Shown here: one piece after another, positions 1-8,311 of the stretch
Position numbering within the stretch: the first letter of the stretch is position 1
How the letters are laid out: each line of letters starts with the position of its first letter
DNA from: a virus
Lineage: Duplodnaviria; Caudoviricetes
IMG/VR virus record: IMGVR_UViG_3300028797_000010
Span: 21,381-85,380 of that record
Length of the DNA: 64,000 nt
Strand: one strand, 5' to 3'
Position numbers and translations under genes: made by a program
The notes under the pieces: generated by a model
The model's database searches: none
What the model was told of the DNA's origin: nothing
Seen by the model: only the letters and a program-made list of their open reading frames with translations

Positions 1-1
1 T

Positions 2-346
2 CATGAACTAAAGAGGGTTTTGCCAAGTATTGAAAAGCAAGTTTTCTTTCGAATACATGGAAGATGTTACTTTCTTGATTATTATTATCCCAAAAAACGT
101 ATTGCAATAGAAATTGATGGAGGCTATCATAAAGGACGAAAAGAAATCGACAAACAACGCGATAAGGATTTTGCCGAAATTGGTATAGCAACGATTCGTA
201 TAAGCGACAAAGATGTATTAAACGGAAAGTTGTTAGATAGAATAGAGCAAAATGAATCAAGAATAAAGTTGTCGAAAAGTAAAAAGAAAAAAGTAAAGAA
301 AGAGCAAAAAAGAAATAGACTTATTGATGCGTCTCAAGGAACATGA
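2..346 (+). CDS. DUF559/Vsr-like PD-(D/E)XK endonuclease, probably 5'-partial
   Basis: Motif YFLDYYYPKKRIAIEIDGGYH...RD...GIATIRI is typical of DUF559. The frame is open back to position 2. Confidence 0.72.
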   Translation, partial: HELKRVLPSIEKQVFFRIHGRCYFLDYYYPKKRIAIEIDGGYHKGRKEIDKQRDKDFAEIGIATIRISDKDVLNGKLLDRIEQNESRIKLSKSKKKKVKKEQKRNRLIDASQGT

Positions 347-390
347 CAAGATGAAACATAACGCTAGATGGATATAAATCAAATACAATT

Positions 391-834
391 ATGGCACATT
401 ATTTACTCTATACCGACGGGGCATATTACCCTGAACATGAACGTAGCGCAATCGCCTACGTGATGATTGATTCATCGACAAAAAAGGAAGTACGACGCAT
501 GCAACAAACAGTCATGGGCGATACAAGCGGACGCGCCGAGTTGAAAGCCATTATAAGTGCCTTGTATGCGTTGCCCGATGATGCCACGGCCTGTACCATC
601 GTTTGCGATTCAAAGTACGCCATTGACGCCTGTAGCGGACGTTGCTTGCGATACAGGAACAATGACCTATTAAGGCTCTTTGACGAACTTGTGGAAAAGC
701 GTGGCGTGTCCGTAAGTTACTCTTGGGTGAAATCCCACAACGGGAATTTCTATAACGAGCTTTGCGACACACTATGTCAGCAAGCGATACATGAATATAA
801 AGAAGAAAAAGACAAAGACAAGAACGAATTATGA
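391..834 (+). CDS. rnhA: Ribonuclease HI
   Basis: Catalytic set present: YTDGA, RAELKA, CDSKY, WVKSH and YNELCDTL. Confidence 0.92.
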   Translation: MAHYLLYTDGAYYPEHERSAIAYVMIDSSTKKEVRRMQQTVMGDTSGRAELKAIISALYALPDDATACTIVCDSKYAIDACSGRCLRYRNNDLLRLFDELVEKRGVSVSYSWVKSHNGNFYNELCDTLCQQAIHEYKEEKDKDKNEL

Positions 835-995
835 CGCATTTTAAGATTAAAATGAAGGAACGTGGCGTGGATGGCAACGTCCGCATGTTGGAAACGGAAT
901 ATATCGGTGACGTGACGCCTGAATACGTGATAGACTTTTTTGGTCTTAACAACACGGATATTCTGGACTATGAAATAATAGTAACCGCATTTTGA
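831..995 (+). CDS. Small hypothetical protein (54 aa)
   Basis: The ATG overlaps the rnhA stop (ATGA). Translation is MTHFKIKMKERGVDG...IIVTAF. Confidence 0.5.
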   Translation: MTHFKIKMKERGVDGNVRMLETEYIGDVTPEYVIDFFGLNNTDILDYEIIVTAF

Positions 996-1022
996 TTTAT
1001 TAACTTAAATAATCACAAATTA

Positions 1023-1054
1023 TTTGGCATATTCAAAATCTTTTTGTATTTTTG
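1023..1054 (+). promoter_or_regulatory. Bacteroidota primary-sigma promoter (-33/-7)
   Basis: TTTG at 1023-1026, a 20-nt spacer, then TATTTTTG at 1047-1054. Confidence 0.75.
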
Positions 1055-1058
1055 CACC

Positions 1059-1439
1059 ATGTTAGACAAAAACATAGTATGGCTTGAAGGTCTGATTGGC
1101 GATGATGCCAAGTTTGGCCGAACCGAAGAGGGGAAGGAATATTTCACTTTTTCGCTTTGTGTCGATTCGTTTATCAAAGAAATGAGCGACATGACGGAAA
1201 GGACGCATTCACAGAACTTCATCCGCACGACCGTGTTTGACAAGCGCGCCTTGGCCTACCTACGCAAGGTTGATGCACATCGTGGCATGCGCGTCACGGT
1301 CTTTGGACGCATATCGTCGTTCAAGACAGAATACAAGGGCGTCGAGTTCATACAGCTTTCAATCATCGTGCGTGACATCGGTGTTATACAGACAAAAAGC
1401 ATGAAACGAAAGAAAACGGAAGAGACAAAACAAGATTAG
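1059..1439 (+). CDS. ssb: Single-stranded DNA-binding protein (OB fold)
   Basis: N-terminal NIVWLEGLIGDD...RT...FSL, and later RGMRVTVFGRI, both SSB-like. ATG is at 1059. Confidence 0.75.
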   Translation: MLDKNIVWLEGLIGDDAKFGRTEEGKEYFTFSLCVDSFIKEMSDMTERTHSQNFIRTTVFDKRALAYLRKVDAHRGMRVTVFGRISSFKTEYKGVEFIQLSIIVRDIGVIQTKSMKRKKTEETKQD

Positions 1440-1462
1440 TTATTAACGTAATAAGAAAGATT

Positions 1463-2479
1463 ATGGTAGATTACAAAGAAGATGTTGCCCAATCTCGCGT
1501 TGGGTGTTTGGGTTCAAGTGACGGTCACATGCTACAACAGATTTGTGCCTTGGGCTATGTACCTAAGTCGGCCTACAAGCGATTGGCCGTATGCAAGGGC
1601 TTGATTCCACAAGAGGATATTCCACGCACGGCGGCGGTGCAAGCAGGTGACGCTATGGAAATGCTTATCTACAAGCACCTCGAGGCCAACGACCCCCGAT
1701 ATGAGTCGAATCCGCGATGGGAATCCACAAAGTATTCAACAAAGAACGTCAAGCTGATTGCACATCCCGACCTCGTATTGAAAGACGATGCACGTCGTAC
1801 GCTGTTTGTCTATGAGGTCAAGACAACACGTTTCTCGTTCGAGGAAACCCGACAGACTTACAAGTCGCAATTGTTCATCGAGCACGTCTTAGGCAAGGAA
1901 ATTTGCGAATCACTTGGCAAAGGTTGGACGGTCAAGGTTTTCTTGGTACATTATAGCACCGAGGGCTTGGACTTGGCACAATTATTAGCCGATGATGCAC
2001 TTGAAATAGACCCGACACGTCTGACTGTACACGAAGTTCGTTTTACGTCCACGTCTTTTTTTGACATCAAGCGCACGATGGCGATGGTGGATGCCTTCTT
2101 AGAGGATTTCACCGAGTACTATGATGGTGACGAAGTGGACGCGAATCTACTTCCAGCAACCGTTAAGTCACAATTCGAGGATATTGCGGTCGCTTTGAAA
2201 GAAATCGAGGAACGCAAGACACGTATCGATGAATTCAAAAATAAACTCTACGACTTTATGCAGGAAAAAAACATAAAGTCTATAAAGAATGACCTTTTTT
2301 CGATTACACGTGTTGACCCGACGGAAAGCAAGTCGTTCGACAACAAGCGTTACCTCGATGACATGGCAAAGGAACACCCACGGAAGGCAAAGGCCATTGC
2401 CGCAAAGTACGCCAAGACTACGAAGCGTGGTGGCTATGTGAATATTAAGGTTAAAGATAACGAAAACAAAAACGATTGA
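1463..2479 (+). CDS. YqaJ/lambda-Exo-like recombination exonuclease
   Basis: LGSSD motif, G..ME, AHPD...YEVKT nuclease motifs. It lies next to RecT. Confidence 0.75.
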   Translation: MVDYKEDVAQSRVGCLGSSDGHMLQQICALGYVPKSAYKRLAVCKGLIPQEDIPRTAAVQAGDAMEMLIYKHLEANDPRYESNPRWESTKYSTKNVKLIAHPDLVLKDDARRTLFVYEVKTTRFSFEETRQTYKSQLFIEHVLGKEICESLGKGWTVKVFLVHYSTEGLDLAQLLADDALEIDPTRLTVHEVRFTSTSFFDIKRTMAMVDAFLEDFTEYYDGDEVDANLLPATVKSQFEDIAVALKEIEERKTRIDEFKNKLYDFMQEKNIKSIKNDLFSITRVDPTESKSFDNKRYLDDMAKEHPRKAKAIAAKYAKTTKRGGYVNIKVKDNENKND

Positions 2480-2482
2480 ATT

Positions 2483-2650
2483 ATGGCAAAGTATCCATCA
2501 CAGCCGTTGAAGTTCATGCACGGCAACGCCGAGGTATTCGGACAGTATTACATGCACGGCAACGCCGAGGTATTCGGACAGTATTACATGCACAGCGCAA
2601 AGGCAAGACAAGCAGCACGCAAGCGCAAGCAGATTAACAAACGTAAGTAG
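2483..2650 (+). CDS. Small basic protein with a 12-aa duplication
   Basis: MAKYPSQPLKF(MHGNAEVFGQYY)x2 MHSAKARQAARKRKQINKRK. The frame is preserved through the duplication. Confidence 0.5.
   Translation: MAKYPSQPLKFMHGNAEVFGQYYMHGNAEVFGQYYMHSAKARQAARKRKQINKRK
2515..2593. repeat. Perfect 36-bp tandem duplication (two copies plus 7 bp)
   Basis: CATGCACGGCAACGCCGAGGTATTCGGACAGTATTA at 2515-2550 and 2551-2586, followed by CATGCAC. Confidence 0.97.
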
Positions 2651-2675
2651 AACTAACATTAAATTGGAAAAGATT

Positions 2676-3515
2676 ATGGCAGATGAAAAGAAAGCAACGG
2701 GATTAAGATTGTTCAATCAGACAATCACCAACCCGTCAACACAAAAGTATTTGGCAGACGTCCTTGGCGAGCGTAAGGGTTCGTTTGTGAACAACCTCAC
2801 GGCCTTAGTAGCAAACAACACCATGTTACAGGATTGCGACCCGTACACGGTGATGTTCGCCGCAATGAAGGCCACGGCACTAAACCTTCCGTTGGACAAT
2901 TCACTTGGTTTCGCGTATGTTCTCCCGTATAAAGACAATAAGCGCGGCGTGACCGTGGCGCAATTCCAATTGGGTTACAAGGGTGTCAAGCAATTGGCCT
3001 TGCGTAGCGGACAGTTTGCCATCATACCAAATGCAACCGACGTACGAGAGGGTGAACTTGTCTCACGTAACCGTTTGACTGGCGAATGCAAGTTCAACTT
3101 TATCGATGATGCCGAGGAACGTGAAAAGAAGCCCATCATAGGCTATGTAAGCTATTTCCGTCTTTTAAGTGGCGCAGAATCGACTTTCTATATGTCATTA
3201 AAGGAAATGGAGGCACACGCCTTGCGCTATTCCCAAACATATCGTTCGAAAGATTCACGCGTCAAGGCCGCATCGAAATGGACTACCGACTTCAACGACA
3301 TGGCTTGCAAGACCGTAGTCAAGCTGAACCTTTCCAAGAATGCCCCGTTGTCGGTTGAGATGGCAGACGCAATAAAGGCCGACCAGTCAATCATGTTTGA
3401 GCGTGACAAGTATTCCTATCTTGACAGCGACCAAGCGGACATCGATATGGCAAAGGCACAAGCCATTGCGGACAAGTTTGCTGACTTTGTGGACGTGACC
3501 GACAACGACAAATAA
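2676..3515 (+). CDS. recT: RecT/Bet-like single-strand annealing recombinase
   Basis: AAMKATALNLPLDNSLGFAYVLPY, AQFQLGYKG, LALRSGQF and W..DF..MA.KTV motifs. Confidence 0.92.
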   Translation: MADEKKATGLRLFNQTITNPSTQKYLADVLGERKGSFVNNLTALVANNTMLQDCDPYTVMFAAMKATALNLPLDNSLGFAYVLPYKDNKRGVTVAQFQLGYKGVKQLALRSGQFAIIPNATDVREGELVSRNRLTGECKFNFIDDAEEREKKPIIGYVSYFRLLSGAESTFYMSLKEMEAHALRYSQTYRSKDSRVKAASKWTTDFNDMACKTVVKLNLSKNAPLSVEMADAIKADQSIMFERDKYSYLDSDQADIDMAKAQAIADKFADFVDVTDNDK

Positions 3516-3531
3516 AAACAACTGCAAGCCC

Positions 3532-3738
3532 ATGAGCAAGAATACGAATTATCTACACTCGCATAGCGGTATCGAACGTGAACGAAAGTTCCCGAAACAC
3601 CTTGTGCTTGTTGATGAAGACTATAAAAACATGTTCCTTGACCCAAAGCTTTATCGGGTACATGGCAAGGACTATTTTGTAGTCAGCATTTTGGAATTTG
3701 TGAATAAAGGTGGCGTGTTTAAGAACTTTAGCGAATAA
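3532..3738 (+). CDS. Hypothetical protein
   Basis: ORF that fits the operon packing. Confidence 0.55.
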   Translation: MSKNTNYLHSHSGIERERKFPKHLVLVDEDYKNMFLDPKLYRVHGKDYFVVSILEFVNKGGVFKNFSE

Positions 3739-3743
3739 GTGTA

Positions 3744-4124
3744 ATGGAAATCGATTTTAAGCGCATTGTTTTCACAAGCCTTGATGGTTGGCTATCCTTT
3801 ACGGGAAAAGCCGCCACAGGGCTTTTAAACGGCATTCTCGACGTTCTTTTCGCATTGGTAGCCGCCATTGTGTCGTTGTCGTACAAGCTGTGGATTGTAT
3901 TTACGGCTTTCGTGCGCCGCAGGCCGTTGCTTGCCGTGGCTTTTGTGTCACTTGTGATTACGGTGGTTTGGATGGCCGTAGCGATGCGTGTGGCGGCCAA
4001 GTCTAAGTACTACGAGCACCAGCGTGACAGTCTGTCGTACGAGCTTTCAAAGTTCACTCAGGCTTATACGCCAAGGGATTCTACCATAGTGATTGCGGAC
4101 TCTACATACATCTATTGCTATTGA
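3744..4124 (+). CDS. Hypothetical membrane protein
   Basis: Two hydrophobic segments (ILDVLFALVAAIVSL..., LLAVAFVSLVITVVWMAVAM). Confidence 0.6.
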   Translation: MEIDFKRIVFTSLDGWLSFTGKAATGLLNGILDVLFALVAAIVSLSYKLWIVFTAFVRRRPLLAVAFVSLVITVVWMAVAMRVAAKSKYYEHQRDSLSYELSKFTQAYTPRDSTIVIADSTYIYCY

Positions 4125-4128
4125 TGCG

Positions 4129-4695
4129 ATGGTATTAGGTTCACATAATAGTTGGTCTTACCTTCCAGTTCGGAAGTGGTGGATGCGTCCGTTGGCTTTC
4201 ATGGCCAGATGCCAGTGCAAGACGATACGCGAGCAGTATGAGCTTGGCGTAAGGTGCTTTGACCTGCGTGTAAGGTGGAAAAGACTGTGGCGATTCAGGG
4301 TTGCGCACGGCATTGTCGAATATGACATAACAGAGAACCAGCTAACGAACGACCTTGCGTTTCTTGACTCAAAGGGGGACTGTATGGTGCGTGTGTTGCA
4401 TGAGGTAAGGACAAAGAAGCAGTACGAGCCTTCCAAGCCGTTCTTCCAGAGTTTCTGTTATGTGATTATGTCCGAATACAAGCATATACGCTTCTGGTGC
4501 GGACGTAATATGTATAATTGGGAGGTTGACTACCGCTTCGGCAACGACCCGACTTGCGATGAGAAATATGCGTCCGTTTCGTGCAAGTGGTTTGCGTGGT
4601 GGCCGTGGCTGTATGCAAGGGTCATGAACCACAGGATACGAAGACAAGGAAGCAATAGCGACATTCTTTTGATTGACTACATAAATATAGAATAG
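4129..4695 (+). CDS. PI-PLC X-domain-like phosphodiesterase
   Basis: GSHNS, RCQ..TIREQYELGVRCFDLRVR and RVAHG, with both catalytic His positions present. ATG is at 4129. Confidence 0.75.
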   Translation: MVLGSHNSWSYLPVRKWWMRPLAFMARCQCKTIREQYELGVRCFDLRVRWKRLWRFRVAHGIVEYDITENQLTNDLAFLDSKGDCMVRVLHEVRTKKQYEPSKPFFQSFCYVIMSEYKHIRFWCGRNMYNWEVDYRFGNDPTCDEKYASVSCKWFAWWPWLYARVMNHRIRRQGSNSDILLIDYINIE

Positions 4696-4699
4696 CATT

Positions 4700-4876
4700 A
4701 TGGTAAAGATAGTAAAAGTACACGTTTCAAGGCCCAACTACGGTTATGTTGAATTAGATATTACGCGTATATTAGCAGTTATTCCAGACAGCAACGCGTT
4801 GCTTTTTGAGAATGTTATTTGGCATTTGGAAGAAGAAGAATTTGATAAGGTTTACAAGGAATGGAAACGATTATAG
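4700..4876 (+). CDS. Small hypothetical protein (58 aa)
   Basis: MVKIVKVHVSRPNYGYVELDITRILAVIP... This ORF fills the gap between neighbouring genes. Confidence 0.5.
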   Translation: MVKIVKVHVSRPNYGYVELDITRILAVIPDSNALLFENVIWHLEEEEFDKVYKEWKRL

Positions 4877-5895
4877 ACAACACAAAGATGTGGGAGTCAC
4901 TAATAACCCTATTGCACAATTCCACATACCCAGCACTTCAACTAATAGGTCACCGTTTGCATAATGCTTACGAGGATGCTATTAAGAAAGGAGAGATAGT
5001 CAGCATTAAGCCTGAGCCTTTCAAGATAAAGAAAGGAATGTGGTATATGTGCATTAAAGATAATGTAAATATTACAAAAGGCAATATTTATAAAGGTATT
5101 GCTGACGGGTATATTCTTGATGATAAGGGACAGAGATACAATTGTAATAATTGGGCTGTTTTTCAAAGATATTTCCGTCCAGCAACAGAGGAAGAAATCC
5201 CACACAAGTTTAAGGTTGGGGATTGGCTGTGTGAAAATGAACCAAACAATTATGCTCGATTCATGCAAATACTTGAAACAGTAAATATACAAGGTAAAGA
5301 AAAATATAGAATTTCAAGAGACATTCATAATGATGAAGATGTAGTTGAATTTGACTTTGTAGAAAAGTATTATCACAAATTTGACATTAAGGATGCCAAG
5401 GACGGTGATGTGCTTTCATATAGAGATGGTCAGTGGATATTTATCTTTAAGAAAAATAGAAAAGAACATGAAATAGCTTATCATGCACTAATTTCAGATA
5501 GAGGACTTTCAGTTAATGATGTTGCGTTTACAATATTTAAAGATGCTATTGACCCTGCTACCAAAGAACAACGCGATACCTTGTTCAATGCAATGCGTGA
5601 AAAAGGTTACGAATGGGACGCAGAAAAGAAAGAACTTAGTCACCCCGAAGTGACCAAGATAAGTGAGCAAGAGTTGACTGAGTTTGAGAAAGAACTTGCC
5701 AATTTGGTGGGACACTATTATGTATGCAAGTCAGACCAAGATACAGACTTTACTGATGTTGAATTTGTAAAGGAATACTCAGAAGACCTTCTCTCTGTTG
5801 CCCGCAAGCAATTTATTGAAGAGGCTTGTGAATACATTAGAAAGCATATAAACGATTATTATGCAGAAGATTTCAGAAAAGCATTAGAGAAATGA
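4861..5895 (+). CDS. Modular accessory protein of unknown function
   Basis: 344-aa ORF built from short modules (FKIKKGMWY, FKVGDW, FDIKDAKDGDVL, PATKEQRDTLF). Confidence 0.75.
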   Translation: METIIDNTKMWESLITLLHNSTYPALQLIGHRLHNAYEDAIKKGEIVSIKPEPFKIKKGMWYMCIKDNVNITKGNIYKGIADGYILDDKGQRYNCNNWAVFQRYFRPATEEEIPHKFKVGDWLCENEPNNYARFMQILETVNIQGKEKYRISRDIHNDEDVVEFDFVEKYYHKFDIKDAKDGDVLSYRDGQWIFIFKKNRKEHEIAYHALISDRGLSVNDVAFTIFKDAIDPATKEQRDTLFNAMREKGYEWDAEKKELSHPEVTKISEQELTEFEKELANLVGHYYVCKSDQDTDFTDVEFVKEYSEDLLSVARKQFIEEACEYIRKHINDYYAEDFRKALEK

Positions 5896-6074
5896 AACCA
5901 TACGGACTAATAAACAGAATTATGGCTTTTGTAGGTAAGAAAGACTATCATTGTTATGATAAAAATCATCGGAAGGTAAGTTCATGGTGGGAAGATTATT
6001 CTACACAATCAAGCCGCAGAACAATGAAACAAAGAATTAGAAAAGCAATAGAGAAAGGAGGTAACAATGAGTAG
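5892..6074 (+). CDS. Hypothetical basic protein
   Basis: ATGA overlap with the upstream gene. Confidence 0.55.
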   Translation: MKPYGLINRIMAFVGKKDYHCYDKNHRKVSSWWEDYSTQSSRRTMKQRIRKAIEKGGNNE

Positions 6075-6225
6075 TATTAACGACGTATACACAGAAGAGG
6101 AGTTGCAGTTTATGCGGCTACAGAGAGAAGAAGAGATTCGGATGGCAAAGCAATTTATGGAAATGCCAGAAGAACATCAAAAGGTATTGGAGACGATGCT
6201 AAAAGAAAAAGGTATAACAATATAA
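6067..6225 (+). CDS. Small hypothetical protein (52 aa)
   Basis: ATG preceded by AAAGGAGGT. Translation is MSSINDVYTEEELQFMRL... Confidence 0.55.
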   Translation: MSSINDVYTEEELQFMRLQREEEIRMAKQFMEMPEEHQKVLETMLKEKGITI

Positions 6226-6236
6226 ATCAAACGACA

Positions 6237-6383
6237 ATGACGGCATTTGAAAAATCAAGAGGATGGAAAGATGTTGCTCACAGGCAGGCAGCAAGGTTCT
6301 ATCTATATACGGAAGACCTCGCTTATTTAAGAGGTTTTTGTAATGGGTGCAAAAGTGTAATTGATAATATTGAAATACAATAA
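6237..6383 (+). CDS. Small hypothetical protein (48 aa)
   Basis: MTAFEKSRGWKDVAHRQAARFY... This ORF fills the gap between neighbouring genes. Confidence 0.45.
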   Translation: MTAFEKSRGWKDVAHRQAARFYLYTEDLAYLRGFCNGCKSVIDNIEIQ

Positions 6384-6392
6384 ATACCGACT

Positions 6393-6626
6393 ATGACAAT
6401 CGCAGAAGAAAAAGCAAAGAGAGCCTACACCGACCACGAGGAATTCATTTTCCATGATAAAAGAGAAGCCTTTGTGAAAGGATATAATGAAGGCATTAAA
6501 GATTCCATCGAGAAGGCTTGCGATGTCTATTGCCTATTATGTGACACCAAGGAGTGCGAAAACTATGGCGAGTGCAGTTGGGTGAAGAAATTCGAGAAAA
6601 GACTTAGAAAAGAGGCAACCCCATGA
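6393..6626 (+). CDS. Hypothetical Cys-rich accessory protein
   Basis: IEKACDVYCLLCDTKECENYGEC. Confidence 0.6.
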   Translation: MTIAEEKAKRAYTDHEEFIFHDKREAFVKGYNEGIKDSIEKACDVYCLLCDTKECENYGECSWVKKFEKRLRKEATP

Positions 6627-6714
6627 GCAAGACCATCGACTACGGCCAACAGAACAAGGAAATGCATACTGAAACATTGGAGTTTATTAAGGAATATATA
6701 AAAATTGAATAGTT

Positions 6715-7281
6715 ATGGATTACGAAAAATTACATAATGAAACTTTGCGTAACTTACAAGAAATGGTAAGCAAAGGAAAGATAACAGAAGCAGAAGCAAA
6801 AGGTATTTGCGCTGACTTTATTCCAGAGAGCAAGGAAGAGAAGATAAGAACTGCAAGCGAGGACTTGGAAAAAGAGATAGAGAAATTTGCTTATTCTTTG
6901 CCGTTTGCAGCACAAGGACAGTGGCCTTATGATAAGGTTGTAAAAGTTGCCAGCCATTTCGCCCAATGGCAGAAACAGCAGATGGAAGCCTACAGGATAA
7001 AGCATTGCAATAGCATTACCAACGAGCAGGTAGAAATGGAATCTAATTTTGTTTCAAGCCATATTGATAAAAACAATAGGATGCCGACATTCTTAGACGC
7101 CATTGAATATGGTATGAAATTACAGAGGGAACAGATGATAAAAGAGGCTGTAGAAGGAGTCTGTAGCTTGGAGTTTTGGGATGGGACAGGGGCTGTAAGA
7201 ACAGCATCAGACGCAAATTTCAAGCTAAATGGATTGCATTGTGGAGACAAGGTTAAACTGATAGTTATTAAGGAGGACTAA
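6715..7281 (+). CDS. Accessory protein, DKVKLIxxKED family member 1
   Basis: Ends GDKVKLIVIKED and shares modules with the genes at 7455, 7743 and 8312. Confidence 0.75.
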   Translation: MDYEKLHNETLRNLQEMVSKGKITEAEAKGICADFIPESKEEKIRTASEDLEKEIEKFAYSLPFAAQGQWPYDKVVKVASHFAQWQKQQMEAYRIKHCNSITNEQVEMESNFVSSHIDKNNRMPTFLDAIEYGMKLQREQMIKEAVEGVCSLEFWDGTGAVRTASDANFKLNGLHCGDKVKLIVIKED

Positions 7282-7284
7282 CTT

Positions 7285-7452
7285 ATGAGCATTACATTAA
7301 ATAGAGACGGGTATAAGCAAGTAATAGAAGATGATATTGATTTTCTCAACAGACATTTTCCAAAAGAGTTGCAAAATCATCCGAGTTACTTTCATATCAC
7401 AAGCGTATTAGAACATAGTGTTGAATACCTATATGGAAAGGAGAGGACTTAG
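7285..7452 (+). CDS. Small hypothetical protein (55 aa)
   Basis: ATG lies 8 nt after TAAGGAGG. Translation is MSITLNRDGYKQVIEDDIDFL... Confidence 0.6.
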   Translation: MSITLNRDGYKQVIEDDIDFLNRHFPKELQNHPSYFHITSVLEHSVEYLYGKERT

Positions 7453-7454
7453 TT

Positions 7455-7739
7455 ATGAGTAACAAAGAAGTTATAAATACGCTTATCTCAGATTATTCAA
7501 GACAGGCCAAGTTGTCTAAAAGAGAAAGACAGATTTATGAGCATGGCATTCTTACTGGATTTGATGTTGCTAAACAAATAATAATGACGGATACAGTACA
7601 CGGAAATATTGATTATCCATTTATAGGACATGACTTCCCTAACATATACCCAGACTATAAAGAGTTGAAGGATTATTGTGACAGACATAAAATAAAGAAT
7701 GACGATAAGGTTAAACTGATAATTTTTAAGGAGGACTGA
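7455..7739 (+). CDS. Accessory protein, DKVKLIxxKED family member 2
   Basis: Ends DDKVKLIIFKED. Confidence 0.7.
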   Translation: MSNKEVINTLISDYSRQAKLSKRERQIYEHGILTGFDVAKQIIMTDTVHGNIDYPFIGHDFPNIYPDYKELKDYCDRHKIKNDDKVKLIIFKED

Positions 7740-7742
7740 TAT

Positions 7743-8072
7743 ATGGCAAAAGAAACATTAGAAGCTATGGAGGCTTGTGAGCCGCAGGCAAATCTATATA
7801 TGGCCGCAGAAGAATATGCGGAAGAGAAAGCATACGATTTTAAGGGCTTCAGCGATGATGAAGACTATAAAGAATTGGCTGAATTGATGAAACAGGCCGT
7901 TGTTTATGGTGCGCATTGGAAAGAGCAGCAGATGATGAAGGATGCAGTCCCAGGAAGAATATCAGTAAACAGATTTGGAAACAAAGTTGTTTCTTCGCGG
8001 CCTGGTATTCAACAGCTTCAACTGCTGCATACTTATGATAAAGTAAAACTGATAATCATTAAGGAGGACTGA
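7743..8072 (+). CDS. Accessory protein, DKVKLIxxKED family member 3
   Basis: Contains GAHWKEQQMMKDAV and ends YDKVKLIIIKED. Confidence 0.7.
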   Translation: MAKETLEAMEACEPQANLYMAAEEYAEEKAYDFKGFSDDEDYKELAELMKQAVVYGAHWKEQQMMKDAVPGRISVNRFGNKVVSSRPGIQQLQLLHTYDKVKLIIIKED

Positions 8073-8074
8073 AG

Positions 8075-8299
8075 ATGCGAATCGTGATAGATTATAATGG
8101 TTCAAAGGTAATATGTCGAGTAACGCATTATCTTAACGAGAACAATCCACACTACAATGACTATACAGAGTTTACAAAGGTGGATGACGATGTGTATCAG
8201 TTAATTTTTGCAGCTTTCGGTAAGCTTGCCGATGAACTCAAAAAGAATCTGAGAAAAACCAAACTGGATGAATGGAAATATGTGGAATCACAGAAATAA
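8075..8299 (+). CDS. Hypothetical protein
   Basis: ATG follows TAAGGAGG. Confidence 0.6.
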   Translation: MRIVIDYNGSKVICRVTHYLNENNPHYNDYTEFTKVDDDVYQLIFAAFGKLADELKKNLRKTKLDEWKYVESQK

Positions 8300-8311
8300 G
8301 GAGGACTGATT

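Larger units (their letters stand above)
7246..8072 (+). repeat. Three dispersed ~36-bp direct repeats forming gene 3' ends
   Basis: 7246-7281 GACAAGGTTAAACTGATAGTTATTAAGGAGGACTAA; 7704-7739 GATAAGGTTAAACTGATAATTTTTAAGGAGGACTGA; 8037-8072 GATAAAGTAAAACTGATAATCATTAAGGAGGACTGA. Confidence 0.92.

Noticed and set aside
2515-2593. 36-bp repeat as a CRISPR array
   Set aside because: The units are directly adjacent with no spacers, lie inside an ORF, and no cas genes are present.
7246-8072. Dispersed 36-bp repeats as CRISPR repeats or integron attC sites
   Set aside because: They are protein-coding, hundreds of bp apart and non-palindromic, and no integron integrase or cas gene is present.
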